This document shows positions 39,793 through 49,791 of a stretch of 64,000 bases of DNA, one piece after another. The stretch is from Candidatus Hydrogenedentota bacterium. Its GTDB lineage: Bacteria; Hydrogenedentota; Hydrogenedentia; Hydrogenedentales; SLHB01. The stretch is from NCBI GenBank assembly GCA_029974275.1, contig JARKSN010000030.1:14157-78156 (forward strand), given 5' to 3'. The notes under the pieces were generated by a model. That model worked only from the letters and a program-made list of their open reading frames with translations, was not told where the DNA came from and did no database searches. Position numbers and translations under genes: made by a program. Numbering within the stretch: position 1 is the stretch's first letter; each line of letters opens with the position of its first letter.

Positions 39793-41658
39793 GTGCAGCA
39801 GTCGCTCAACTTCAGTCTATTCGGCCAACGGCTGGTGCAGCGCGGCATTATCACCGAGCAGCAGCTTGCCGAGGCGATTCATAAGCAACAGACGACGATG
39901 AGCCATCGTAAGCTGGGCGAGATTCTCGTCCGGCTGGGGTATATCGCCAAGAGCCATATCACCGAAGGGCTGGCGGATCAACTGGGCATTCCCATCATCC
40001 GCCTTTCCGATCGCGAGATACCTGAACGCATCCGCAATTTGATCGAACCTGCCATCGCCACGCTGTACCGCGTCATTCCCGTCGCCGAGGAGGGCGACAA
40101 ACTTCTTATCGCCACGGCCGACCCGACCAATATCAATCAGTTGGACAATCTCGAGCGCCTCATCGAGCGGCAGATCGAGCCGCAGTTGGCGACGCCGCAG
40201 GAGATCAGCTTGGCGCTGGCCAAGTATTACGGTCTTCCCGACACGACGGTGGAGACGCTGTTGTCTTCCGTGAGCAGCGCGAGCACGATGAGCACGTTGA
40301 GCACGATGTCCAACGTGAGTTCGCTGGATTCGTCGCTGAGCAGCCTGGGCAGCTTGTCGGGCAGCGACATCAGCATCAACAGCCTGAGCATGGAAAGTCC
40401 TGAATTCGAGGCGGCGTTGGGCGTGGTCAAGGGCGAGGACGAGGATAGCGACAGCCCGGTGGTGCGGTACGTGATGACCATGATCCTCGAGGCGTTCCGC
40501 TTGCGGGCCAGCGATATCCATATCGAGCCGGGCAAGACGGACGTGAAGGTCCGTTTTCGCATCGACGGGGTGCTGCAGCAGATGCCGAATCCGCCCAAAC
40601 GCGCGCAGCCTTCGATCATTTCGCGGCTCAAGATCATGGCGGGCATGGACATTTCCGAGCGGCGCGTTCCACAGGACGGACGCATCAAGCTGCCGCTGGC
40701 GGGCAAGGTGGTCGACCTGCGCGTCAGCGCCTTGCCGGCGTCTCACGGCGAGTCCATGGTCATGCGCATTCTCGACAAGAGCGGACTTTTTCTCGGCCTT
40801 GGCCAGCTGGGTTTCACGCCGGAGGATCAGAAGCGGTGGGAGGAGTTGTTGGCCGAGGCGACGGGCGTCGTGTTGGTGACAGGCCCCACAGGGTCGGGCA
40901 AGACAACGACGTTGTATGCCTCGCTGCACAAGTTGAATCAGCCGGACACCAAGATCATCACCGTCGAGGACCCGGTTGAGTATCAGCTCAATGGCATCAA
41001 TCAGGTGCAGATTCAGCATGACATTGGATGGACTTTCGGGCGTGCTTTGCGCGCCCTCTTGCGTCGGGACCCGGACATCCTCAGGGTGGGCGAAATTCGC
41101 GACGCGGAGACGGCCGAAATCGCCATCAAGTCCGCGCTGACAGGGCATCTCGTGTTTTCGACGTTGCACACGAACGACGCGCCGAGCGCGTTTTTGCGCA
41201 TCGTGGACATTGGCGTGAAGCCGTTTTTGGTGGCTTCGGGCGTGCGCGCCGTGTTGGGGCAGCGGCTGGTCCGCGTCATCTGCTCCACGTGCAAGGAGAG
41301 TTACCGTCCGGATACGTTTGAAATCGAGCAGGCGAACGTCTCCTTGGACATTTCCAAATATGAATTTTTCCGGGGCCGCGGCTGCAACAACTGCAATCAT
41401 AGCGGCTATCAAGGCCGCATCGGGGTGTACGAACTCCTTATCAACACCGACAAGATTCGCTCGATGGTGATGGAGGGGGCTCCGGCAGGCATGTTGCGTC
41501 GCGAGGCGCGGCTGGGCGGCATGTGCACCATGCGCCAGGACGCCTTGAAAAAGGCCCTCAATGGAATCACGACGCTTGAGGAGGTTGTCCGCGTGACGCA
41601 GCCGGATGAGCCGTTGCCGACGGCCGAAGCGGACGTAGCCGTGCCGGCGTCGGCATAG
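39793..41658 (+). CDS. pilB: PilB/GspE-family assembly ATPase, paralog 1 (MshEN-like N-domain, Ser-rich linker)
   Basis: ASDIHIEP, PQDGRI, GPTGSGKTTT, EDPVE, TGHLVFSTLHTN, CxxC..CxxC; GTG start inferred. Confidence 0.9.
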   Translation: MQQSLNFSLFGQRLVQRGIITEQQLAEAIHKQQTTMSHRKLGEILVRLGYIAKSHITEGLADQLGIPIIRLSDREIPERIRNLIEPAIATLYRVIPVAEEGDKLLIATADPTNINQLDNLERLIERQIEPQLATPQEISLALAKYYGLPDTTVETLLSSVSSASTMSTLSTMSNVSSLDSSLSSLGSLSGSDISINSLSMESPEFEAALGVVKGEDEDSDSPVVRYVMTMILEAFRLRASDIHIEPGKTDVKVRFRIDGVLQQMPNPPKRAQPSIISRLKIMAGMDISERRVPQDGRIKLPLAGKVVDLRVSALPASHGESMVMRILDKSGLFLGLGQLGFTPEDQKRWEELLAEATGVVLVTGPTGSGKTTTLYASLHKLNQPDTKIITVEDPVEYQLNGINQVQIQHDIGWTFGRALRALLRRDPDILRVGEIRDAETAEIAIKSALTGHLVFSTLHTNDAPSAFLRIVDIGVKPFLVASGVRAVLGQRLVRVICSTCKESYRPDTFEIEQANVSLDISKYEFFRGRGCNNCNHSGYQGRIGVYELLINTDKIRSMVMEGAPAGMLRREARLGGMCTMRQDALKKALNGITTLEEVVRVTQPDEPLPTAEADVAVPASA

Positions 41659-41696
41659 GGTAGGAAACGGGGCGCGCCCCAAAGGAGACCGCGTTC

Positions 41697-42818
41697 ATGG
41701 CGTATGAGATGGTGCCGTTGTTGCGCATGCTGATTGATCGGGAAGGTTCGGATTTGCATCTTGCCGTGGACAATCCGCCGGTGGGGCGCGTGCATGGTCA
41801 TTTGCAATATTTTGGCGAGACCCCGTTGACCGCGGACGACACCGAACGTTTGATGAAAAGCGTGGCTTCCGTGGATAACCAGCAGGAATTGCAGGAGGTG
41901 GGCGGATCGGACTTTGGATTCGCCTTTGAGGATATCGCCCGGTTTCGCGTGTCGATTTTCAAGCAAAAGGGCTATGTGGGCATGGTGCTGCGGTTGATTC
42001 CGCGCAAGATATTGACCTTTGAGGAGATTGGGCTTCCGCAGAGCCTCAAGCAGGTGATCAATCAGCCGCGCGGCCTGATTTTGGTGACGGGGCCGACGGG
42101 ATCGGGCAAGTCGACGAGTCTGGCGACGATGATCGACTGGCTGAACGGCGAGTTCGATCATCACATCATCACGATCGAGGATCCGATAGAGTATTACCAC
42201 TCGCACAAGAAGAGCATTGTGACGCAGCGCGAGGTGGGGGTGGACGTGCCCACTTTCGCGGAGGCGCTGCGTCGCGCGTTGCGTCAGGATCCTGACGTGA
42301 TCCTGGTGGGCGAAATGCGCGATTTGGAGACGATTGGCGCGGCGGTGACGGCGGCCGAGACCGGTCACTTGGTGTTTGGCACGCTGCATACGACGGGAGC
42401 CGTGCGCACCATTGACCGTATCGTCGACGCGTTTCCGACCAACCAGCAGGAACAGATTCGCACGCAGCTTGCCGGCAATCTGAAATCCATCATTTCTCAA
42501 ACGCTTTTGCCGCGCAAGAGCGGTTTTGGCCGCGTGGCGGCGTTCGAGGTCATGATCACCACGCCCGCCATTCAAAATCTCATCCGCGAGAATAAGTCGT
42601 ACCGCATCACGTCTGCGATTCAGACCGGCCACAAGTTCGGCATGAACCTGCTGGATGAACATCTGCTGATGCTGTATAAGCGCGGCATCGTGAAGTATGA
42701 GGACTGCGTTTCCAAGTCGCAATCGGCCGACGAGTTCGAGGCGGCGGCGCGGGCGGCGGGATTGGAAGATATGCCCGCAGCGAAACCGGCGCCGGGCGCG
42801 GCGACGGCGCGCCACTAG
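41697..42818 (+). CDS. pilT: type IV pilus retraction ATPase PilT
   Basis: [49 protein letters not shown]. Confidence 0.93.
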   Translation: MAYEMVPLLRMLIDREGSDLHLAVDNPPVGRVHGHLQYFGETPLTADDTERLMKSVASVDNQQELQEVGGSDFGFAFEDIARFRVSIFKQKGYVGMVLRLIPRKILTFEEIGLPQSLKQVINQPRGLILVTGPTGSGKSTSLATMIDWLNGEFDHHIITIEDPIEYYHSHKKSIVTQREVGVDVPTFAEALRRALRQDPDVILVGEMRDLETIGAAVTAAETGHLVFGTLHTTGAVRTIDRIVDAFPTNQQEQIRTQLAGNLKSIISQTLLPRKSGFGRVAAFEVMITTPAIQNLIRENKSYRITSAIQTGHKFGMNLLDEHLLMLYKRGIVKYEDCVSKSQSADEFEAAARAAGLEDMPAAKPAPGAATARH

Positions 42819-42916
42819 GACGGGCGGGCGGCGCGGCGAGGGCTGCGCCGGGCGGATGCCAAGGGATAAACGCCGCGCGGTAGGCGCGCGGACAGCGTGA
42901 AAACGGGAAAGGCGCG

Positions 42917-44659
42917 ATGTCTGTCACGAATGAAAGACTGGTGGGCGACATCCTCATCGATCATGGGGTCATCAGTCCGCTGGAACTGGATGAAGCCCTG
43001 CAGCGACAGCGCCTGACGGGCGACATGTTGGGGCGCGTTCTCGTCAAGATGGGCCTGTGCGACGAACAGGCCATCGTCGAGGCGTTGGGCGTTCAGTTCG
43101 GGATGGAGCGGGTCGACATCAGCAAACTCAAGGTGTCCGAGGATACGCTCCGGAAGATCACGCCCGATATTGCCCGGTTTTACAGCGTCGTGCCGGTTCG
43201 CGAGGAAAATGGCTCTCTTGTGGTCGCCATGGCCGATCCCCTCAACATCGGCATTTTGGACGATATTCGCCAGATCGTGGGCGAGCCGGTGCGGGGCGCC
43301 ATCAGCAATCATCATGACGTGGCCGCCTTCATCAAGGAAAATTATTCGTACGAGGCGGACTCCGTCCACGAGACCTTGCAGGCGCTCATCGCGCGGGTGG
43401 GCGATTCGGCGCTCACTCCGGAAGAAATGGGGCAGCAGGAGATCATTGGCGACGTCGACAATTTGGTGTTGCTGGCGCAGGAGCCGGAAGTCATCAAGAT
43501 CGTCAATCTTGTTTTGCTCGAAGCCGTGCAGAAACGCGCTTCCGACATTCATTTCGAGACGTACGAGGAGGATTTCCGCATTCGCATCCGGGTCGACGGC
43601 GTGCTTCTTGAGATCGTCAGCCCGCCGAGGACGCTCTCGCTGGCCCTCATTTCGCGCGTGAAAATCATGTGCAACATGGACATCAGCGAGCGCCGGTTGC
43701 CGCAGGATCAGCGCATCGAGATCAAGGTGGGCGATTCGCTCATCGACATCCGCGTGGCGACTTTGCCGACGCTGTTTGGCGAGAACATCGTGATGCGTCT
43801 GCTCGACCGGACCGCTGTCAAAATCGATCTGGATAAGCTGGGGTTCGCGCCGCAGGTTCTCAAGCCGATCAAGACCATCATCCACCGCCCCAACGGCATT
43901 TTTCTGGTCACCGGGCCGACCAGTTCGGGCAAGACGACCACCTTGTACGCATGTCTCACTGAATTGAACCAGGTGGGCGTGAAAATCATCACGACCGAGG
44001 ACCCGGTGGAGTTGCAAATTGATCGCATCGTGCAGGTGCAGGTGAAGGAGGACATTGGCCTCACGTTCGCCGCGTGTCTGCGTTCGATTTTGCGGCAGGA
44101 CCCTGACATCGTGATGGTCGGCGAAATTCGCGATCTCGAGACGGCGCAGATTGCCGTTGAGGCTTCTCTGACGGGACACTTGGTGCTGAGCACCATCCAT
44201 ACGAACAGCGCCCCCGAGACGATCACGCGTTTGCTCGACATGGATTTGGAGCCATTCTTGATCACGGCTTCGTTGTCGGCGGTATTGGCCCAGCGTCTGG
44301 TGCGCGTTGTGTGCCGGCATTGTCATGAGATTTATGCGCCCGACAAGGACGAGATGAACTTTCTGGGGCTGCCTCGCAGTTGGCGCGACGATCCGAATCT
44401 TCGTTTTGCGCGGCCCAAGGGATGTCCGGCGTGCGATTATACGGGGTACATGGGCCGCGTAGGCTTGTTCGAGCTGTTGGTGGTGGATGAAAAGGTCTGC
44501 GATCTCATTTTGAATCGAGCGATGGCCCACGACATCCGCAAACACGCCCGGCGCCATCAGGGCATGTTGACCCTGCGCGAGGCGGGGCTCATCAAGTGCG
44601 TGCAGCACGTCACCACCCCCGAGGAGGTGCTGCAGCATACGGACCATTATGAGGATTGA
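42917..44659 (+). CDS. pilB: PilB/GspE-family assembly ATPase, paralog 2
   Basis: MshEN-like N-terminus, ASDIHFE, GPTSSGKTTT, LRQDPDIVMVGEIRD, CRHC..CPAC. Confidence 0.9.
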   Translation: MSVTNERLVGDILIDHGVISPLELDEALQRQRLTGDMLGRVLVKMGLCDEQAIVEALGVQFGMERVDISKLKVSEDTLRKITPDIARFYSVVPVREENGSLVVAMADPLNIGILDDIRQIVGEPVRGAISNHHDVAAFIKENYSYEADSVHETLQALIARVGDSALTPEEMGQQEIIGDVDNLVLLAQEPEVIKIVNLVLLEAVQKRASDIHFETYEEDFRIRIRVDGVLLEIVSPPRTLSLALISRVKIMCNMDISERRLPQDQRIEIKVGDSLIDIRVATLPTLFGENIVMRLLDRTAVKIDLDKLGFAPQVLKPIKTIIHRPNGIFLVTGPTSSGKTTTLYACLTELNQVGVKIITTEDPVELQIDRIVQVQVKEDIGLTFAACLRSILRQDPDIVMVGEIRDLETAQIAVEASLTGHLVLSTIHTNSAPETITRLLDMDLEPFLITASLSAVLAQRLVRVVCRHCHEIYAPDKDEMNFLGLPRSWRDDPNLRFARPKGCPACDYTGYMGRVGLFELLVVDEKVCDLILNRAMAHDIRKHARRHQGMLTLREAGLIKCVQHVTTPEEVLQHTDHYED

Positions 44660-44738
44660 GGAATGGGCCCGGCAGGGCCGAGGCTTTCGTGAAACAGCCC
44701 GCGGTCAAGCGGGCGGAACGTGAACCGGGAGAGCCAGG

Positions 44739-45980
44739 ATGTCCAAGTTCGCCTATAGGGCCATGAACAAGGATGGCCGGGAAGTGTTCGGCATCATCGA
44801 CGCCGAGAATCAGGCCCTTGCCATCAACGATGTGCGCAACTTGGGGCTGTTTCCGACCCAGGTGCGTCAGGCGAGCAAAGCCGATGAGCGGCGCGCGCGC
44901 GGCAAGAAAAAGGGGGGGCTGAGCGAGCTGTATTTTGGCGGCGTCACCACCAAGCAACAGGTGGTCATGACGCGCCAGTTGGCGACGTTGATCGACGCGG
45001 GCCTGCCGTTGCTGCGCAGCCTCAACGTGCTCATCGCGCAGCAAAAACCCTGTAAGCTCCGCGATATTCTTACGGAGGTTTCTTCGGACATTCAGTCGGG
45101 ATCGACGTTCTCGGAGGCGTTGGCGAAGCATCCGAAGGAGTTCGACCGGTTGTACGTCAACATGGTGCGCGCGGGCGAAGTGGGCGGCATGCTCGAGGAA
45201 GTGCTGAACCGTCTGGCGATTTTCATGGAGCGCCGGCAGGCCCTGCGCCGCAAGGTCAAGGGGGCGATGGTATATCCCGTTGCGGTCATCATCATCGCGG
45301 CGGGCATTGTGTTGTTTCTGTTGCGTTTCGTCGTGCCGCAGTTCGTGGTGATTTTCTCCGATTTCAAGGCCAAACTGCCGTGGATGACGACGTTTTTGAT
45401 GGCTTGCGGCGATTTCGTGACCTACAAATGGTGGCTCATGAATGTGTATGTGAGCGGTTTCGTGATATTTTGGAAGATCATCGCCAAGGTGCCGTTGACC
45501 AAGCGCATTTATGATCGCGTGGTGTTGAAATTGGGGCCGATTGGCGATCTCGTCACCAAGGTGGCGGTGGCCCGGTTTGCGCGCACGCTGGGCACCCTGA
45601 TCACGTCGGGCGTGCCGATTTTGCAATCGCTCAAAATCACCAAGGAAACCATCGGCAACGAGGTCATCGAGAACGCCATCCAGAAGGTGCATGACAGCAT
45701 CAAGGAGGGCGACACCATCGCGGCTCCGTTGGATGAGGCCAAGGTGTTTCCCGCGATGGTCGTGAACATGATCGACGTCGGCGAGGAGACGGGCAGTCTG
45801 GACTCGATGCTGATGAAGATTGCGGACATTTACGACGCGGAGGTGGAGGCGGCGGTCGAGGCGTTGCTTCGATTGCTCGAGCCGGCGCTGATCATCGTGC
45901 TGGGGTTCATCATCGGATTCATTGTCATCGCGCTGTATTTGCCGATATTCGCGCTCGCCGACAGTCTCAGCGAAGGCTAG
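44739..45980 (+). CDS. pilC: PilC/GspF inner-membrane platform protein
   Basis: TRQLATLIDAGLPL, NMVRAGEVGG, VKGAMVYP, GEETGSLD, LLEP, ALYLPIF. Confidence 0.93.
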   Translation: MSKFAYRAMNKDGREVFGIIDAENQALAINDVRNLGLFPTQVRQASKADERRARGKKKGGLSELYFGGVTTKQQVVMTRQLATLIDAGLPLLRSLNVLIAQQKPCKLRDILTEVSSDIQSGSTFSEALAKHPKEFDRLYVNMVRAGEVGGMLEEVLNRLAIFMERRQALRRKVKGAMVYPVAVIIIAAGIVLFLLRFVVPQFVVIFSDFKAKLPWMTTFLMACGDFVTYKWWLMNVYVSGFVIFWKIIAKVPLTKRIYDRVVLKLGPIGDLVTKVAVARFARTLGTLITSGVPILQSLKITKETIGNEVIENAIQKVHDSIKEGDTIAAPLDEAKVFPAMVVNMIDVGEETGSLDSMLMKIADIYDAEVEAAVEALLRLLEPALIIVLGFIIGFIVIALYLPIFALADSLSEG

Positions 45981-46064
45981 GGCGACAAACGGGACAATCC
46001 GGGCCGCGTGGCGGTCCGTGGGGAAGGAATCGAAACGGGTGGCCGTTTTCGAAGGAGGTCAGAC

Positions 46065-46796
46065 ATGAAGCGCAGTGGTTTTACCCTCATCGAACTGCTG
46101 GTGGTCATTGCCATCATCAGCATCCTGGCGGCCATCGCCGTGCCCAATATCGCCCGGTACATCGCCAAAGCCCAAATGGCCAAGGCCGTCTCCGAAATAA
46201 GCAGCATCGAGTTGTCCCTCACCAAGATGCTGGCGGATTCGGGGAAAAAGGATTTCAGCCAATTTTTCACGAGCATTCCGAGCGCAAACGTGGCGGAAGC
46301 CCTTGAAATCTACAAAGATTGGTTTTACAAGCTTTTGCGGGTCGGCCGGGCCGCCATCAACGATAATGTTCCTTTGCGATCGGAAGTGGTCGCCCGGCTT
46401 GGCGACAGCTACCTTGATCTCGGCAAGGATCCGTGGGACAACCGTTACTTCTTCTATCCCGGTCCCTGGAAAGGGCCCATGGCGTTCCGCTCCCATGTTC
46501 GTCTTCCCGAAAACGCGGCGGGCGAGCCCCAAGTTTACGTATACGACGCCAATCGCAAAGCGGAACGGGATGCCGACGTTCCGGGCAATCCAAGGGCGGA
46601 CGGGCTCCCTGGCTTTCCGGCGCCTCGTTCGATGAACGTGTACATATGGTCTGCGGGCCAGAATTTGGAGAACGATCAGGCGATCATCGAGATGTACGGC
46701 GACCCGAACGCACATGATCCTCTTTATAAGGGAGGAGGCGATGATATCAACAATTGGGACAACAACGCCGGCTGGTCGGGATTTTATGGAGGCTAG
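46065..46796 (+). CDS. GspG-like major (pseudo)pilin
   Basis: AAGGAGG RBS; MKRSG|FTLIELLVV; DPWDNRY, WSAG, GDDINNW match the GspG C-terminal pattern. Confidence 0.8.
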   Translation: MKRSGFTLIELLVVIAIISILAAIAVPNIARYIAKAQMAKAVSEISSIELSLTKMLADSGKKDFSQFFTSIPSANVAEALEIYKDWFYKLLRVGRAAINDNVPLRSEVVARLGDSYLDLGKDPWDNRYFFYPGPWKGPMAFRSHVRLPENAAGEPQVYVYDANRKAERDADVPGNPRADGLPGFPAPRSMNVYIWSAGQNLENDQAIIEMYGDPNAHDPLYKGGGDDINNWDNNAGWSGFYGG

Positions 46797-46967
46797 TCGG
46801 CAGGACTGACGCGGCCGCCGCGCCGTCTGAGCGGCATTCGGACGCATCCTAGCGGGGACGTGCGGATTGCTTCGGTACGATCGCAACGACGGATGTGCAG
46901 CGGATTGCATAGAGGAAATTGTCCGCCACGGATGGCGGATGGCGCAGAACAAACGGGAGTGGACAAC

Positions 46968-47708
46968 GTGAAGGCGCAACGGCCGTATCGCCTCGGCGGA
47001 TTCACGCTGATTGAGCTGTTGGTCGCACTGGCGATTGTCGCGATCGTGCTGGCGGCCGCCGTGCCGGGATTCGTGCGCCTGGGCGCGTTCGCCCACAACG
47101 ACGCCGAGCGCGCCGCCCGCGATCTCGCCAACCTGCTAAGCGCCGCCCGGATGTACGCCGGCACCTTCCACACCGACACGGCCGTCGTGTATGTGCAACG
47201 GCAATATCCCGGCGGATCCGTCGTGGGCGCCGTTTCCTGCGCGATGGCGCGCCGCGTCACGGACGACGAGGTCCGTCGGTTCAGCGTCGCCACCGACAAG
47301 CGCATTTCGTTCGTGTTGACGGGAGGAGGCGATGGCAATTTCCGGCAAATGCCGGGCGATGCGTGTCTCTTGCAGGAAACGCTTGATTGGGCGAACAAGA
47401 ATGAGACCGGCGTGCTGCCTGTGGCGTTGTATCGAACGAATGAGGACGATGCGTTGGAGTTTGTCGATCCGGTTTTGGAATACGCCGGGGATGCAAGATT
47501 TCCCGCCCATGTGTTTACGGCGTCGGGCATGTTGCGCACGGATTCGCCGCGTGCGCGGGTTTCGATAAAGGTGGGGCTCTCGCCCGAGGCTCCGGAGCGG
47601 GAGCAGTATCAACTGGGCGCCGATGGCGAGATCGACGCCAACAAGCCGGTGTACGAGCAGATTGATTTGTACGTGGCGTTGGGCCGTGTGCAGATTGCGG
47701 AGCGATAG
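46968..47708 (+). CDS. GspH/FimT-like minor pilin
   Basis: G|FTLIELLVALAIV..AVP, L..AR..A, VFTASG, LGRV; start uncertain. Confidence 0.7.
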   Translation: MKAQRPYRLGGFTLIELLVALAIVAIVLAAAVPGFVRLGAFAHNDAERAARDLANLLSAARMYAGTFHTDTAVVYVQRQYPGGSVVGAVSCAMARRVTDDEVRRFSVATDKRISFVLTGGGDGNFRQMPGDACLLQETLDWANKNETGVLPVALYRTNEDDALEFVDPVLEYAGDARFPAHVFTASGMLRTDSPRARVSIKVGLSPEAPEREQYQLGADGEIDANKPVYEQIDLYVALGRVQIAER

Positions 47709-48155
47709 ATGAAACGTATGCAACGTGAACAAGGCTTTTCGCTGCTGGAGACGCTGATCGCGCTGACGCTGTTCGCGGCAGGGGTGATGGCGGTGATGAA
47801 GCTATTCCCGATGTCGTTGCGGCAGGCGCAAGGGGCCGCCGAGCGCACGGTGGCCGCGCAACTCGCCGATTCCAAGTTCGGGACGTTGCGCACGGAGGGC
47901 TATGCGCGCGTCGCCCCCAATGCAGGGCGCTACATGCAGGACGCGGCGAGCGATCTGTCGATTCCTCCTGCGTTGCGTTTCACGATATCGTCGATCGAGC
48001 AGGTCGGCGATATCTACGGCATCTACGACGGGTACAGCACGAAGATTCAGCGCATGGGCGCATCGGATGGGGCGGGCCTCCATCGGGTCGTGTTCAACGT
48101 GAAAATGTACGATGGGCGTTACGAGCGTTTCGTGACGTACTTGGCCAACCCGTGA
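47709..48155 (+). CDS. GspI/PilV-like minor pilin
   Basis: QG|FSLLETLIAL, A.QLA, 148 aa. Confidence 0.75.
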   Translation: MKRMQREQGFSLLETLIALTLFAAGVMAVMKLFPMSLRQAQGAAERTVAAQLADSKFGTLRTEGYARVAPNAGRYMQDAASDLSIPPALRFTISSIEQVGDIYGIYDGYSTKIQRMGASDGAGLHRVVFNVKMYDGRYERFVTYLANP

Positions 48156-49663
48156 GAATGGATGGGCGCATGAGGATCGCAACAGGACTGGCGGGCGGCT
48201 GTGCGGGCCGGAGCGGATCGGGGCGCCGGCCTGTTTGCGCGCGGATCGCCGGGTTCACGCTGGTCGAGTTGATCATCGCCTTGGCGATCACGTCGACCGT
48301 GCTCGTGGCTATTGCGGGCGTGTTTGTCGGCAGCATGCGCGCCGTCCGCAGCGGCTACCAAACCATCGACGCCACGGAGCAGGCCCGCAATGCCGTCAAT
48401 CTGATCCAAAACGATCTGCAATCGGCCTTCACCGCCCGCCAGTTCGGCGAGCATTATCATTTTTATGGAACGCCCATCGGCTTCACCTTCATTGGGGTTG
48501 CCGCCAAGTTGGGCAAGGTGTCCGTATCCGGGGACAACAACGACACGGGGCTTGCCCGGGTCACGTACGTCGTCTATCTGGGCGATCGCGTCAAGGCGCG
48601 CCGTTTTGCGGACACGCCTCCGTTAGCGGAATCATATTTCGCGCAGGGCATCGTTTCGCGGGAAGACATGACGCGCATCGAGGCGTCGGCTTTCGATACG
48701 ACGGTTCTTCCGCCTTCCTTGCCGGGGGGGGGCAATGCCGATCCCGCTTCGCGGCATGTTTTCACGTTTCCGTTGCTGCGCGTCGTGGAGCCTGGGGCGC
48801 AGGACCTCGACAATTTTCCGGTGGACTGGGATTTTCTCATGGGCAACGGCGCGATCGGGGAGTTGCAGCCGCCTTCCGAGTCGGTGAATGTGCGTGCGGA
48901 ACTCGCCCATGCCGTTGGGGACATCGATTTTTTGCAGCATCTGCCGTCGTTGAGCCCGGCGCAGCAGCAGCTTTTGGCCGCCAAGAAGCGGGAGATCTGG
49001 ATTCGCATGCTTGCGGGCGATCCGAGCATGCCCAATCTCTGGGATCTCTGGCGTCAGACGTCGGCGCCTCCGCCGCAGTTGTCCTCCAATGTGGGCGACT
49101 ATATCGTGGCCGTCAACCTGGTCTATCCCGAGTTGGAGGACCCGATCGATGGGAGGCCGCAGTATAGCGATTTGATTCGGAATGCGCTGTCCACGCGGTT
49201 CCAGTCGATGGCTCCTTGGGGCGGCGAGCGCGATAGGCGTCTTTTTGCGCCGTTTGATGTAAACGGAAATGGGTTGGAGGACATTGTCGTTCCTGATCCG
49301 AACGATCCGGTCAATGGGACGGTTTATCTGGATGATCCCGGGGCTCCTCCGCCCGACAGGCTCGATGCGTACCACGCGTACGCGCCTTTTGCGTACAACG
49401 CGTGGGCGCTGGAGGAGGGCCGGCAGAAACAGACGCCGTATTGGGGCGCGGAGCCTAACGTTCCGCAGTTGCTCGACAGCGGCGATCCGCGCCAGTACGC
49501 GGGTCCTGGGTCGCCGTTGACGCCGCGCATCCCGGACTTGGTGCGCGTGCGGTTGCGGTTCATTCTGCCGAGTCCGTACATCGGCGCGCCGGATGTGGTG
49601 CGGCTGTACACGCGCGCCATCGACATCCCCAGCGGCTATGTCCGAAAAGTCGAGGGGGGGTGA
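48152..49663 (+). CDS. GspJ/PilW-like minor pilin, enlarged (503 aa)
   Basis: AG|FTLVELIIAL, IQNDLQSAF, RVTY, C-terminal IPDLVRVRL..IDIP. Confidence 0.7.
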   Translation: MRMDGRMRIATGLAGGCAGRSGSGRRPVCARIAGFTLVELIIALAITSTVLVAIAGVFVGSMRAVRSGYQTIDATEQARNAVNLIQNDLQSAFTARQFGEHYHFYGTPIGFTFIGVAAKLGKVSVSGDNNDTGLARVTYVVYLGDRVKARRFADTPPLAESYFAQGIVSREDMTRIEASAFDTTVLPPSLPGGGNADPASRHVFTFPLLRVVEPGAQDLDNFPVDWDFLMGNGAIGELQPPSESVNVRAELAHAVGDIDFLQHLPSLSPAQQQLLAAKKREIWIRMLAGDPSMPNLWDLWRQTSAPPPQLSSNVGDYIVAVNLVYPELEDPIDGRPQYSDLIRNALSTRFQSMAPWGGERDRRLFAPFDVNGNGLEDIVVPDPNDPVNGTVYLDDPGAPPPDRLDAYHAYAPFAYNAWALEEGRQKQTPYWGAEPNVPQLLDSGDPRQYAGPGSPLTPRIPDLVRVRLRFILPSPYIGAPDVVRLYTRAIDIPSGYVRKVEGG

Positions 49664-49669
49664 TCGTGA

Positions 49670-49771
49670 GCAAGGAGAAGAACAAGACGCAACGGGATGA
49701 AAACGCGAAGAGAGACACTGTTGTGGGTCTTGGTTTTTCCTTTGTGTCCTATGCGTCTTTGTGGTGAATCT
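49670..49771 (+). repeat. dispersed intergenic repeat, copy 2
   Basis: AGAAGAACA..ACGCAACGG left arm; right arm 49741-49771 is 28/31 identical to copy 1. Confidence 0.75.
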
Positions 49772-49791
49772 TAACTCGTAAGAGGAAATCG

